Positions 1 to 14,042 of a stretch of DNA of 64,000 bases are shown piece by piece. The stretch is from Eledone cirrhosa (Eukaryota). The DNA is taken from contig OZ024751.1 of assembly GCA_964016885.1 (NCBI GenBank), forward strand, positions 30,008,001 through 30,072,000, written 5' to 3'. Position numbers and translations under genes: made by a program. Every line of letters starts with the position of its first letter. Positions within the stretch are counted from its first letter, which is position 1. The notes beneath the pieces were generated by a model, which was not told the DNA's origin, did no database searches, and saw only the letters and a program-made list of their open reading frames with translations.

Positions 1-360
1 AACTTAACAAAGGTTCTTACACAAAACCATGATGTAAGATTTTTAGATAAATCTAAACACTTTAAAATGTACAGTTTTGTATCATAAGACCAATGGTGGT
101 TTCAACTAGATTAGTACCCAGAGTTAAAGGAAACCATGAGAATTTGTCTCCTAGTTTCGAAAGTCATTGATCTATAGATATGTATAATCTATAATATACA
201 ATGTGATATCTTTACTGATGTGTGAAACATTTAATATTTTGTAATTGTTATTGATTATATATCAGTTTAAAATATGTTTCAATTTTAACTCTTCTTGAAT
301 AGCAGTAATTCAGATTCAGTTGAGCTGTGGCAGACTTATTGCTTAGGAGTAGTTAGTTAA

Positions 361-890
361 TTAGTTAGTAATAGTTATAGTGGTAGTGGTAGTAATAGGG
401 GTGGTGGTGATGGTGGTGGTAGTGATAATGGTGGTGGTAGTAGTGGTGTGGTAGTGATTATAGTGGTTGTGATAGTAGTAGTGGTGTGGTAGTGATTATA
501 GTGGTTGTGGTAGTAGTAGTGGTGTGGTAGTGATTATAGTGGTTGTGATAGTAGTAGTGGTGTGGTAGTGATAGTAGTGGTTGTGATAGTAGTAGTGGTG
601 TGGTAGTGATAGTAGTGGTTGTGATAGTAGTAGTGTTGTGGTAGTGATTATAGTGGTGGTGGTAGTAGTAGTGGTGTGGTAGTGATAGTAGTGCGTGTGG
701 TAGTGATTATAGTGGTTGTGATAGTAGTAGTGGTGTGGTAGTGATTATAGTGGTTGTGATAGTAGTGGTGTGGTAGTGATTATAGTGGTTGTGATAGTAG
801 TAATGGTGGTGGTAATGGTGGTAGTAATTGTAGTGGTAGTAATGGTGGCAGTGGTGGTGGTGGTGGTGGTGGTAGTAGTAGTAGTAGTAA
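361..890. repeat. (GTA/GTG)-derived compound minisatellite, recurring unit ~GTGTGGTAGTGATTATAGTGGTTGTGATAGTAGTAGTG
   Basis: Directly visible tandem repetition. Confidence 0.9.
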
Positions 891-942
891 TTAGACTGTT
901 TAAGTAGCTGCTTTTTAATTAATTATAATAATTATTATTATT

Positions 943-1156
943 GAAATATCATATTGACAGGGAGGAAGCTAGCCCACTCTGTAAGATCTGTGGAGAGAGA
1001 GAGAGAGAGGAAGAGAGAGGAAGAGAGAGAGAGGGGGGAGACTGTGACTTACATCCTATCCAAGTTTAAACACCTCACCCAGACTCATTATAAAGGGGGG
1101 AGGCATGATATCACAGGAAAAGTGATCCACTGGCATTTATGCAAACTGAACAAGTC
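943..1156 (+). mobile_element. R4/Dong-clade non-LTR retrotransposon fragment (CCHC knuckle / RHD region)
   Basis: Translates as KYHIDREEASPLCKICGERE..(GA expansion)..ETVTYILSKFKHLTQTHYKGGRHDITGKVIHWHLCKLNK. It aligns with the minus-strand copy at 5436-5700 (EEASPLRRICGEREETVAHIVSECKHLAQTHYKG*RHDVIGRVIHWHLCKVN). Flanked by (ATT)n on both sides. Confidence 0.85.
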
Positions 1157-1411
1157 TCATTTAATTATTATTATTATTGTTGTTGTTGTTGTTAGTATTG
1201 TTGGTGTTGTTGTTGTTAGTAGTAGTAGTAGCAGCAACAGTAGTAGTATTGGTGGTGGTGATGGTAGTAGTAGTGTTGTCGTCGTTATTGTTAGTAGTAA
1301 TAGTAGTAGTTGTTGTAGTTTTGTTGGTGTTCTTGTTAGTAGTAGTAGTAGTAGTGTTGTTTTTGTTGTTGTTGTCGCTGTTTATAGTAGTAGTAGTTTT
1401 GTTGGTGGTCT

Positions 1412-1446
<35 letters not shown>

Positions 1447-1705
1447 ATGTTGTTGTTGTTGTAATATAGTAACTGGTATTTATTTGATTGAAACTGAATG
1501 GGTGGAAAGATGAAATCAACCCTAACAAGATATAGACAGAGATAGGATAGTAAAACTGGTGGGTGGGTGGGTGGGTAGGTGGTGGGTGGGTGGGTAGGTG
1601 GCGCTGTTCTTTGAATTGTATTGCAGACCGGTCAGTTGTCTACCAAAGGATTAATGGTTGTTATATATCAAGTATGTTGTAGCAACAAAATGGGAGTCCG
1701 TAGAT

Positions 1706-1991
1706 CATCTTCATCATCACCATCATCATCATCATCATCATCACCACCACCATCATCACCATCATCATCATCATCATCATCATCACCACCATCATCACCA
1801 TCATCACCATCATCATCATCATCACCATCATCATCATCATATCATCATCATCATCATCACCATCACCACCATCATCATCATCATCATCATCACCATCATC
1901 ATCATTGTCATCATCATCACAACCATCATCATGATTATCACCACCACCATCATCTTCACCATCATCATCACCACCATCACCACCATCACCA
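1706..1991. repeat. (CAT/CAC)n trinucleotide microsatellite
   Basis: Direct inspection; explains the poly-His/poly-Ser ORFs. Confidence 0.95.
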
Positions 1992-2081
1992 TGGGTTGTT
2001 AGATCAGCTGATACAATACATTGCAGTATCTTTCCTGGGGTTCTCCCTTATGCAAGTAATTCAGCAAGATCTCTAGTTTAA

Positions 2082-2302
2082 CTCTTTAGCATTTAAACTG
2101 GTCGTAACCGGCCAGAATTCTCTCACCTCTTTCTGATCAAACTGGCCGTAACCGGCCACTCATACTGGTTTGAAGGTTTTGTTCTCAAAATAGATAATAT
2201 CAAAATCTCATACATTCAATACTATGTGAGATATCATGTGAGATAAAGTGTTTACTGTGAAAATACAAATCGACTATATAGAGTAATGTAAATGGTAAAG
2301 GG
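2082..2302. mobile_element. piggyBac-type MITE
   Basis: TTAA at 2078-2081 and 2303-2306. Terminal inverted repeats CTCTTTAGCATTTA versus (revcomp) CCCTTTACCATTTA, 12/14 identical. Internal duplicated AAACTGGYCGTAACCGGCCA. Confidence 0.7.
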
Positions 2303-2543
2303 TTAAGGATTCTTTTCTATGTCTTAACAGTCTTAGAGATCTGGGAAAGGTTCACAGGCATTGTTATTTCTTCTCCTCCTCCTCCTTCTTCTTCTTCTTC
2401 TTCTTCTTCTTCTTCTTCTTCTTCTTCTTCTTCTTCTAATTGGAGATAGAAAGCAGGGAACTGAATAAAAACAAAAAATTATTCCTTCTCACTGAACAAA
2501 ATACAAACAAATTTGAAAAGACCCTAAGCAAAGAATTTGAACA

Positions 2544-2613
<70 letters not shown>

Positions 2614-2615
<2 letters not shown>

Positions 2616-2819
2616 GAAGTGGTTACACAACAGTTAGTTCAACATACTGAGAACAATTGGTTCACCTTAGTGGATCCTCAGCTCGTAATGAGGATCCACT
2701 AAGGTGAAACAATTGTTCTCGGTATGGTGAACTAACTGTTGTGGGACTACTTCTACCTAACTCGTCCCATGGACTGAGTGCTCTACCACTACGGATATTA
2801 CCTTCCAGTGTTCCACCAC

Positions 2820-2820
<1 letters not shown>
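2614..2820 (+). mobile_element. Fold-back Penelope-like/retrozyme relic (family H2) with hammerhead motif
   Basis: 67-bp arms (2614-2680 / 2689-2755) with an 8-nt loop, embedded in (TA)n. The two arms together reconstruct GAG-CTGAGGA-TCCACTAAGGT-GAAA-CAATTG-TT-CTC. Second copy at 34117-34302. Confidence 0.7.
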
Positions 2821-2853
<33 letters not shown>

Positions 2854-3192
2854 ACACATACATATATATATATCATATATATATAACTTGTATATGTATA
2901 TATATATATATATAGATATATATAATCATATATATACATAGATATATATAATCATATATATACATATATATATATATCATATATATCATATATATATATA
3001 TATAATCATATATATACATATATATATATATCATATATATATATAACACATATATCATATATATATATAACATATGTATATCATATATATATATAACATA
3101 TGTATATAATATATATATATATGTATATATCATATATATACCTATATATATATCATATATATATATATATCATATATATATATATATATATC

Positions 3193-3224
<32 letters not shown>

Positions 3225-3763
3225 TATTATTATTAAATCTAATATTATCCTGTAGACTTGTTTGTTGAATTTACTGTTCTATGTTTAAATTCTGCTCTTG
3301 TCAAATTTCATCACTCCAGTGTCGATAAAATGAATGTTCCATTTAACATATGCTATCATGGTGTTTGAAAGTTTAGTGAAAATAATCAAATTTATTTATT
3401 ACACTACTGGCATTTATCAGACACTTCAGACTACTGGTGCTTCTGCTGTTTCTGATGTTTCTGATGCTGATTCTGATACTGCTGTTTCATCTAATTGTTT
3501 CACATAACTAGCTTGTTAAGATACATTAATATATGGCCATGCATATATAATATATAATATATAATGCATATATATGTCTGTGTATGTATGTATGTATGTG
3601 TATATATATATATATATGTATGTGTGTAACTATATATGTATATATGTATATATATATATATATATATAATATATATATATATGTAGTTTATATATATCTA
3701 TATATATATACAATATAAAAAATATATATTTATATATATAATATGTATATATATAAATGTGTG

Positions 3764-3810
<47 letters not shown>

Positions 3811-3842
3811 ATAAATATGTGTGTATATAAATATATGAATAC

Positions 3843-3915
<73 letters not shown>

Positions 3916-4144
3916 GTGTGTGTGTGTGAGTGTGGGTGTGCTTACTGTTCTGTTTTCAAAGATTCGATTAGGTTTATGTTTAGAATTTATTATATACATG
4001 ATGTTATGTTTAATAATAATAATAATAATGTTACTTAGTATCCTTTTAGTTTTGTTTCCCAATATTTTGATGTATTTTATTTACTAAGAGTAATCAATTT
4101 TTATGTACTTTATTACACTTGGGAGTCTGCCTGTCTCTCTCTCC

Positions 4145-4196
<52 letters not shown>

Positions 4197-4239
4197 AGCC
4201 ATGTGCCTTCCCATATCATGATGATGATGATGATATGTG

Positions 4240-4322
4240 AAGGCACATGGCTGAGTGGTTAGAGAATTGGATTCGCAATTGTGAGGTTGTGAGTTCGATT
4301 CCCGGACCGGGGCGATGTGTTA
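4240..4322 (+). mobile_element. tRNA-derived SINE head (family A), 3'-truncated
   Basis: A-box TGGCTGAGTGG and B-box GAGTTCGATTC; similar to the heads at 6730 and 46512. Confidence 0.75.
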
Positions 4323-4737
4323 TATATATATATGCGATATATATATATATGCGATATATATATATATGCGATATATATATATATTATCATTGTTATCATC
4401 ATCATTATCGTTTTACGTCCATTTTTCCGTGCATGGGTTAGATGAGTTGTCCTGATTCTGGCTTGGTTTCTACAACTGGATGTCCTTCCCAAATCCAACC
4501 TCATTTACAGTGAGAACATTATATATATATATGTGTATGTATATATATATCTATATATATTATATATAGGTATAGAGATATGATACATGCATACATATAT
4601 ACATACATGTATGTTATGTATACGCTATAAAGTGGTAGTGCCATGAAAATATGTTCCGAGTACATAAAGTACAGCTGAAATGTCAGGACTTTAACAACCA
4701 AGAGAAAGACACTAGTTTGAATATATCAGTGTATAAT

Positions 4738-4890
4738 AATTGTTTCTACTTTTGGCACAAGACCAGCAATCTCCCCAGTGTATTACTGGTGCTTTATTTT
4801 GTCGACCCTGTAAGGATGAAAGGCAAAGTTAAACTTGGCGGGATTTGAACTCAGAACACAAAGGGCCATAACTCTATGCTGCCAATCCAT
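4738..4890 (-). mobile_element. tRNA-derived SINE family B (Nin/Deu-like central domain), partial
   Basis: Revcomp contains GAGTTCAAATCC (B-box), GCCTTTCATCCTTACAGGGTCGA...ACCAG and a tail GTGCCAAAAGTAGAAACAATT(ATT)n; about 12 copies in this window. Confidence 0.8.
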
Positions 4891-5129
4891 GAAGAAAAAC
4901 AGCTGAAACATTATAACTATAAAACTATCAAGTTGACGACACGAATATAAAGATATCAATGTATGATAATAATAATAATAATGATTTCATTTATTGGCCT
5001 CAAGGGCCGTCATGTAGAGGACAATACAGCAACAGGGACAGTAGGGGTTTACAATAAGATTGAGTGAAAATACACAATAATAAAACCAATTTAACAATGA
5101 AAAAATATAAAAATAAAATATATATAAAA

Positions 5130-5240
5130 TAATTGTTTCTACTTTTGGCACAAGGCCAGCAAATCCCTAGTGCATTACTGGTACTTTATTTTATCTACCC
5201 TGTAAGGATGAAAGGTACAGTTAACCTCGGTGATTTCCTC
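5130..5240 (-). mobile_element. SINE family B, partial
   Basis: Same body and tail as 4738-4890. Confidence 0.75.
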
Positions 5241-5312
5241 ATCACAGAAATGCAGGTAGAATTTTCGTTCTCCCAGAAATGTCTACCTTGAGTAGTTAAT
5301 ATTGAAAAATAA

Positions 5313-5435
5313 TCTATATATATAAAACTGAGGATGTCTGTCTGTGTATGTGTGTGTGTGCGTCTGTGAGTTTGAATCCCTAAAACTCGAGAAGTACCCA
5401 ACTGATTGTTTTCAAACTTTGCATGTGTATTACTT
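5313..5435 (+). mobile_element. Helitron-like 5' end, truncated
   Basis: A|TCTATATATATAAAA start, then a (GTCT/GT)n tract, then AAAACTCGAGAAGTACCCAACTGATTGTTTTCAAACTTT. This layout is typical of non-autonomous Helitron 5' ends. It abuts the R4 LINE. Confidence 0.5.
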
Positions 5436-6715
5436 ATTGATCACCGACTCTGGCTTATGCTCATACCACTTCTCAGTATGTGGTAAATTGTTTACTTTGC
5501 ATAGATGCCAGTGGATCACCCTGCCTATCACATCATGTCTCTAGCCTTTATAGTGAGTCTGGGCTAGGTGTTTACACTCGGATACAATGTGAGCCACAGT
5601 CTCCTCTCTCTCTCCACAGATCCTACGCAGTGGGCTAGCCTCCTCCTTGTAAATATGGTGTTTCACCCACTTCGTTTTGAGGGCCTGCTCTTGCGCAGCC
5701 ATTAACATTCCTTCTGTAGCTTTTTTAAGGTCTCCTCTTTTTAACCAGTTCCGTGTCTGTGGATCTTTAAATTCAGTTTTCTTAAAGAAGGTACTATGAA
5801 GGGATTTTTCATGAAGGTTGCTCTTCCTCCTTGTTGTTATTTCCTCTTGGACATCCCCTGGTCTATTGTCTTCTTCTTCAGTACAATTTTGAGCATTGGC
5901 TCCCTACTGTCAGTCACGTATTTGTGCAGGTTGTTTTTCTCCATCTGAACACAATCCTCTATGCTGATAAGACCTCTTCCACCTTCAGATCTCTTTAAGT
6001 AGAGTCTATCGACATTACTCCTCTTGTGGAACATGTTGTAGATAGTCAATAGCTTTCTAGTCTTCCTATCCATTTCTTTTTGTTCAGCAACATTCCATTT
6101 CAGAATTCCCGCACTGTACCTAATAATAGACACAGCTCGAGAATTCATTGCACTTATGACATTCCTACTATTTAGATGTGATTTTAATACGCTTCTTACT
6201 CTCCTTATGTACTCAGATCTTATGAATTCCTTCACTTTTTTGTTCTTGATGCCTCTAGAACACCTAAATATTTGTATCCTTCTTCAGTGTCAATTTCCTT
6301 TATCATCTCACCTGTTGGTACCTGGATTCCGTTACTTCTGCTCAACTTACCCCTCTTCATCACAAGGACTCCACACTTATTAATACCAAATTCCATACAT
6401 ATATCATTGCTGAAAATACGGACAGTGTCAACAAGTACATCCAACTCCTTCTCACTCTTCCCAAAGAGTTTAAGATCGTCCATGAAGAGGAGGTGGTTGA
6501 TGGTAAGCTCTCCTCTTCCCAACTTGTATCCTGCTCTCACTTTTCGCAATATAACGGTCAGGAGTATCAGGGCAAGGACAAACAGCAGAGGGGACAAACT
6601 ATCTCCCTGGAAGATACCTCTCTTGATCTTCACGCCTCCCAAGGATTCTCCGCCCGATGTTAACTCTGTTTCCCAGGATTTCATACTTTTGCTCAACAAC
6701 TGTCTGATGAAATTT
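5436..6715 (-). mobile_element. R4/Dong-clade LINE ORF fragment (RT C-terminal half, thumb, zinc knuckle), decayed
   Basis: GIFQGDSLSPLLF, HLLFMDDLKL, FGINKC, YKYLGV, DRLYLKRSEGGRGL, TEGMLMAAQEQAL, ETVAHIVSEC, RHD, HWHLC, WYEHKPE; frameshifts and a stop codon. Confidence 0.92.
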
Positions 6716-6729
6716 CTATACATATTGAT

Positions 6730-7074
6730 GGAGGCACATGGCTTAGTGGTTAGAGCATTGGGCTTGCAATCAAAAGGTTGTGAGTTCAATTCTCAGACCG
6801 GGTGATGTGTTGTTTCCTTGAGCAAGACACTTTATTTCACATTGCTCCAGTTTACTCAGCTGTAGAAATGAGATGATAGGGACTGGGGTCCCTATCATTC
6901 CACTGCAAAGTGGTCGTGGAGGTGCCACAGCAAAAAACCACCCAGCACTCACTGTAAATGAGGTTGGTGTTAGGAAGAGCATCCAGCTATAGAAATCAAG
7001 CCAGAATCAGTTCCCGTCCCACCCTTGCAAGCTGGGAAAAGCGGACGTAAAATGATGATGATGATGATGATGAT
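6730..7074 (+). mobile_element. tRNA-derived SINE family A, full length, with RTE-derived tail
   Basis: A-box TGGCTTAGTGG, B-box GAGTTCAATTC, CORE-like CCTTGAGCAAGACACTT, a module shared with the RTE 3'UTR, and tail CCCGTCCCACCCTTGCAAGCTGGGAAAAGCGGACGTAAAA(TGA)n. Confidence 0.88.
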
Positions 7075-7783
7075 TGTATAATTGTATAAAGCTATGCTGG
7101 AAGCAAAATCTTATTTCTCTTATATCTATCTATCTATCTATCTATCTATATAGATATGAAATGAAACACATAAATATATATGTAGTTATATATCAATAGA
7201 CACACACCTGCATATATATATATGTATTATATATTATGCACTTATGTATATATATATGTATATATATATATTATATATATACATATATATATACACAATT
7301 TCTCTATTTCTTTAGTATTCCATTTCTCTAAAAAAGTGAATTTGTTTTCATAAACTTTTGTATTGAGAAAACCCTTTATATCTGACTGTCTTGGTGGAAG
7401 GAAGGAAGGAATGAAGGGTAGCTGGTTCAAACTACAACAACAGCAGCAACATCTTCCTATGGCACTAGTTACAACTCTTTAATTTTACTCTTTCTCTCTC
7501 TCTCCCTCTCTCTCCCTCTCGCTTTCTTGCTATCTCTTTCTCTTTCTTCGGTCTCTCTCTCTCACTCACTATCACTTTCTCTTTCTTTCTTTTTCATGCT
7601 CTCTCTCTCTTCCTCTACCTCTCTCTCTCCCCACTCACATTCTCTTTTTCTATCTTTCTCTTTCTCACTTTCCCTCTCTTTCTCTCTCACTTCCCCTCTC
7701 CCTGACCACCTCTCTTTCTCTCTCTCACTTCCCCTCTCCCTGACCACCTCTCTTTCTCTCTCTCATTTTCCCTCTCCCTGCCC

Positions 7784-7815
<32 letters not shown>

Positions 7816-8148
7816 TACACACATTAAGCTGTATTATGCTACACAACAACAGCAACAATAATAACACCAGCAACAAGACAAAACATCTGCTATACAACAG
7901 ACCTTCCCCTACAACAACCCAACCAACATTTTTTCCTCAATAATTTACACTTTTTCCCTAATGCTATATTTCTTGTGTGTCCATTTAAAATCATCATCAT
8001 CAGATTTACATCCGCTTTTCCATGCCTGCATATATATACACACACACACACATATATATATATACATACATATATGCATGCATACATACTCACATGTACA
8101 CAGACATATATATACTTCCAATTTAACTCGGGATCTACACATATATAA

Positions 8149-8224
<76 letters not shown>

Positions 8225-8659
8225 TATTTATGTATATATATATACTGTGTATATATTATATATAGATATATACACATACATATAGTATATATATATATAT
8301 TTATACATACATGGGTAATTCATATTTTATCCTTTCCCCATCTGTCCCTGAAAAGCATGTCTTTTCATTCAATTTTTTATATTATTTCATTTTTCTTAAC
8401 CATTTTTGGTTGAATTGCTCTCCACATTTACAGATCTGTTCAGTCTTGTGTTCTTGAAAAGGTCTTCCATTGAATATTTGTACATATTTTTTTAGTTTGG
8501 CATTTTGTAGTAATTTTTATTTTATTTTACACACTCAGGCATATACCATATACACACACATAAATATACACACATAGACACAGGTGAATATTTGTACACA
8601 TATGCATAGCATATATATAGACACACTTACATTATATTATCATTTATCTTCATATCCCC

Positions 8660-8722
<63 letters not shown>

Positions 8723-9099
8723 ACTGTGTGTGTGTATATATATATATATATGTGTGTGTATATATAATCTGCTATAGAATCTTTATCTCCCCTCCTCAGA
8801 TAGGTAAAAGGGTGTTTGTAGACAAATAATGACTCTATTTTCCTTATTTTCTTCTTCACTTACTAATTCCACCCAACCCTGTGCCTTCTAACATTTTTTT
8901 CTTTTGTATTATATCATCATTATTATTATTGTTGTTGTTGTTGTTGTTGTTATTTTTGCCTCAGTTCCATGTGACCTCAACACCTCCCACCCTACCCCTA
9001 CCTCTGTCTTGCCTCTGATCCATAAAAATAATACCCGACATTTCCACTTACCTTGACCTGGGGAATTTATGTTTGTCGTTAGCATTGTCATTACTGTTG

Positions 9100-9702
9100 T
9101 CACCATCACCATCACCACCATCACCATCATCACCATCATCACCATCACCACCATCACCATCATCACCATCATCACCATCACCATCACCACCACCATCACC
9201 ATCATCATCACCATCACCACCATCACCATCACCACCATCACCATCACCACCATCACCACCATCACCATCACCATCATCACCATCACCATCATCACCATCA
9301 CCATCATCACCATCATCACCATCACCACCATCACCATCACCACCATCACCATCACCACCATCACCACCATCACCATCACCATCACCACCATCATCATCAC
9401 CACCATCACCATCATCATCACCATCATCATCATCATCACCATCACCATCATCACCATCACCACCATCACCATCATCATCATCACTATCATCATTATTATC
9501 ATCATCACCATTACCATCACCATCATCGTTATCACTATCGTCATCATTATCCTTAATATCATCATCATCATTATTACCATCATCCTCATCTTAACCATCA
9601 TCATCATCATCATCATCATCCTAAATATCATCCTTATCCTTACCATCATCATCTTCACCACCACCACAACCACCACCACCACTACCACCACCACCACCAT
9701 CA
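9100..9702. repeat. (CAT/CAC)n compound microsatellite
   Basis: Direct inspection. Confidence 0.95.
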
Positions 9703-10783
9703 TTATAAACGTACTCACCCTGATTGCAATTACTTTGTTAGTGTAGTTTGTTTTCTTTTCTTTGCTATATTTTATATACAAATTTGTTAAACATGACTTA
9801 TTTATATATATATGTATATGTATGTATATGTATGTATATGTATGTATATGTATGTATTTATATATATATATGTATATGTATGTATGCATGTATATATATA
9901 GATAGATATAGATATATATTTATGTAAATCTACATACCCTACACACACACACACATATATATATGTATATATATATATGTGTGTGTATAGGGTATGTAGA
10001 TTTACATAAATATATATCTCTATCTATATCTATCTATATATATATATACACGCACACACATATGTAAATTTGGCAAATATGACTTTTATATATATATATA
10101 TATATATACATGCATACATACATATACATATATATGGTTATGTTCATTTACATAAGTATCTATCTATATATCTATCTATATATACACACACATATATAGA
10201 TGTACATGGCTCATACACTCTTACATTTGCATAGCCATTCCTCTCTCCACCCACCAAAGATTCTATTAATTTTCTTTACTTTATGGTTCCACTGTCTCCC
10301 ATTTGACATGGAACATCAATCCCAAACAATATAGAATCTTTCTAATCCTCTCCCCATTCCTACATCCTGTCTAAACAACAATTCCTTTTAATTTCTTTTC
10401 ATATACTCAGATGCACACACTCACACACATAGATAATCACAGTCACACTGATAAATATATTCACACACATACAGTTATACAAACTCACACACATGCAGAT
10501 ACACACACTCGCAGAAATATATACACACACACACACTCACACTCACCTCCTATATATAATCTATATACACATACAAATATACATTTCCCAACAAAAAATA
10601 TAGGAAGATGGTCATTAAATTCCAATCTCCTCCAATCTTTCTTTTGCACTTTTGCTTTGATGAGGGGTATTTTACCCAAAATATAAGAAACTATGAAATA
10701 CATCCAATGTAATAATACTTTAATAATTTACATTGTAATAGCTTCCTATAATTAACTCATTATATATACACATGTATATACAT

Positions 10784-10816
<33 letters not shown>

Positions 10817-12177
10817 GCTTAATTCACTTGGCACTGTGGATTTTACCTATCTCTCTCTCTATATATATACACACATTTTTTTATATATACACACACACAC
10901 ACACGTATATGACTCAAAGTGAGTGAATAATATACATTTAATTATTCTGTTTGAGTTTTATGTGATTGAACATTAAAATCAATAGCTTATCTAAAATTAA
11001 CTCTGATGACAACTTTGGTTTGGAGAGGGTGTGTTTTTCTCTTCTAAGTTTGTTGTTTTTGCTTTATTTCCTCAACCAACTTCTTTAAGAAGCTTGTTTT
11101 TAAACAACATAACAAGCTATGATTTTGCAAAATCCCTTCACTAAAATTGTTTGTTTATAATTATTTCCTCCCTCCTTACGTACTAACACACAAACACTCA
11201 CATTCACACATACATACGCTCTAACAAACACACACGCATGTACACACACACATGCACACACTCTAACAAACACATATACTCACATTAACACACACATACA
11301 CACTAACAAACATATACTAACACACACACATTAACTAAGACACCTTCACACACACACGCAGACACAGTCACACTAACAAACACACATACACACTCACACT
11401 AACAAACACACACACACTAACAAACATGCATACACACATACTTCCCTCTGTCATCACTTTGAAGAATGGAAACATCAGCGACGAAATGTAAAAATATCGT
11501 AAGAAATTTCTGAATGATAGCTTTTGTAGAAAGCTTGTCGATAAGTTTAATTTTGAATGATTTTTAAAGGAAAACTTTTTATCAATTGAAATATTTCAGT
11601 ACATTCAATTACTTTTAGTTTTGCTGAAAACTCATAGCACAAACTAACTTTATGTCATTGTTACAAAGTGTGCTCCAATAAATTGGCTGCCATCATTTGC
11701 GGAGAGCAGCATGTATGCCAAATGAATATGTGTGTGTGTGTGTGTGTGTGTGTGTATTCTCAGGAAGAAATGAAAAACAAACAAGATGTTCAATCTGCTA
11801 TTGATCTCTACAGTATTGACAATCTGTAGAAATCTTTGGGTTGGAAGTTGGCATGAAATCAATACTTAACCTAAACTATATTGTTTCTTCATAAACCCAT
11901 ATTTGAACGGAATGGTTATATGTCATTTTCAAGTATCTGTGTTTTTATAATTACTATAAACAAACGAGCAAACCTTCCCCCCCCCCTCCTCCTCCAAGCC
12001 CCACTACTGCCCCCTCTACACCCCTCACCCCTCACATACTCTTCACAGTGTTTTTCACAATGATTAAGTTGTCTTAGTAAATTAAGTTCAGTATAAGAAA
12101 GCTTATGACTTGCACTAAACCTTCACATATTTCATAAAACCAAGTAAGATGTGAACTTTAAAGAAAAGTTTTTACTT

Positions 12178-12310
12178 TAGCTGTGTGGTTAAGAAGCTTG
12201 TTTTGTAGTCACCAAGTGTTATTCGAGTTCTATCTCACCATGCAGCACTTTGGAAAAGTATCTTCTACTTTAACCTTTGTTGAGAGAAACTGTAAGGAAA
12301 CCCATTTTAT
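12178..12310 (+). mobile_element. tRNA-derived SINE family C, degenerate
   Basis: GCTGTGTGGTTAAGAAGCTTG...GAGTTC...GCACTTTGGAAAAGTATCTTCTACT; matches the inverted copy at 12842-12983. Confidence 0.6.
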
Positions 12311-12841
12311 GTAAATGTAGTTTCAAAACTAATTTTATCATGGAACTCTTAGAGAATATTTCCTCAGAGATCACAGAACCCTCAGAAATCTTAGACAATT
12401 TCCCCCCCCCCCCCCCCCCCAAAAAAAAAAAATAACAGAACCCATGGATATCTTAAACAGTTCCACTCCAAAAAAACAGAATCCACAAAAATCTTAGACA
12501 ATTTTCCCCCAAATCACATCCCCTCAACCTATTCTCCCCACAATATCCACCCCCCTAATTTTAATAGGACATTAAATGAAATAAACATTATTTTACAGAG
12601 AGAATTTATCCATATTAAAAAACATGTAATGAATTTTTGTTAATTTTTTTTTAAAATGTTATTGCAGAACCCTAGAATTCTTTATTGAAAAACACTCTAG
12701 GAATCTCTATATCATAAACACATTTTTTCTCCAAAGTAACAAGATTCACTTTTCAGCCTTAATATAAATGAATATATATATATTCCATGCTAGCGTGGAA
12801 AATGGATGTTAAATGATGATGATATAGAAATATATATATAT

Positions 12842-12983
12842 GACAGACTTCCACTTACAAGGCTTTGGTCATTGGTCAACCTGAATTATAGTAGAAGGAA
12901 CTTGCTTAAGGTGCCATACAGTAGGATTGAACTTGAAACAACAGGGCTGCAAAACAAACTCCTTAACCACACAGCCATGCCTG
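12842..12983 (-). mobile_element. tRNA-derived SINE family C, degenerate
   Basis: Revcomp GCAGGCATGGCTGTGTGGTTAAG...AAGTTCAATCC...GGCACCTTAAGCAAGTTCCTTCTACTATA. Confidence 0.65.
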
Positions 12984-13892
12984 CTGCACCTTTTTATAGT
13001 TAACAAAATGAAATTATGCGCTGGCCCTAAAAACACCAGTCTGTCTATGTATACATGTGTGTGTGTTGGTGTGTGTCTGTGTCTATCTGTCTATGTATAC
13101 CTGTGTGTATGTGTGTGCCTGTCTCTGTGTGAATGTATATATGTGTCAGTCGGAATATTCCTGTGTGTGTGTCTGTGTATACCTGTGTGTTTGTCTGTGT
13201 TTGAATGTGTCTGTCTGTGTGTGCATTTATGTGTATGCCACTGTATATATGTGTGTATCTGTATGTGCACATGTTTGTGTGTATGAATGCATGCATGTGT
13301 TTGTGCATACATACTTGTATATATGTATGCGTGGGAATTTTTTTTTATAGATGCAGGCAAATCATCTTAAAACAAGTTACCGCTGCTAAAGTTTGACAAG
13401 ATTGGCAACATAAATCTTTTATCAATGAGAATATAAAAGATGTCCCCATACTTATTATTATTTATTTTTTTGTAGTTTTTATTCTTATTATTTATTCTAT
13501 TTATTTGTTGTTTTTCATTCCACCCCCACCCCACCCCTCTCGTCACATTTGATAAATGTAAAACTGCTTGTGTATAAGTACTTTAAAAAAAGTTGATTTT
13601 TTGTTGTTGTTGTTGTTATATGTTGTGAGAACAACATCCAATAGAAAAAACAAAATTAGAGGCCATGCCGCTGTACAGAAGGAATTGATTTTTCTTTTTT
13701 TTAAAGTTAAAACTTAGATCAAAATTTGCAATATTCTTCAACATATTGCACACACGCATACAAACTTGTACACATGCACACAAACACAGGCAACCTCACA
13801 CACACGGACACATAAACATACACTCCCATGTACATACGAGTGCATACAAAGTTTTCTAACTTTTGATCTGCAAGTGAATGTGTGTGTATGTG

Positions 13893-13936
<44 letters not shown>

Positions 13937-14009
13937 TGTATATATATATACAAACACACACACATACACATATTCATATAAATATATATATATGTATACA
14001 CAGATATAT

Positions 14010-14041
<32 letters not shown>

Positions 14042-14042
<1 letters not shown>

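Noticed and set aside
6730-6800. tRNA genes (also 4240, 46512)
   Set aside because: A and B boxes are present, but there is no proper acceptor stem and the sequence continues into a SINE body.
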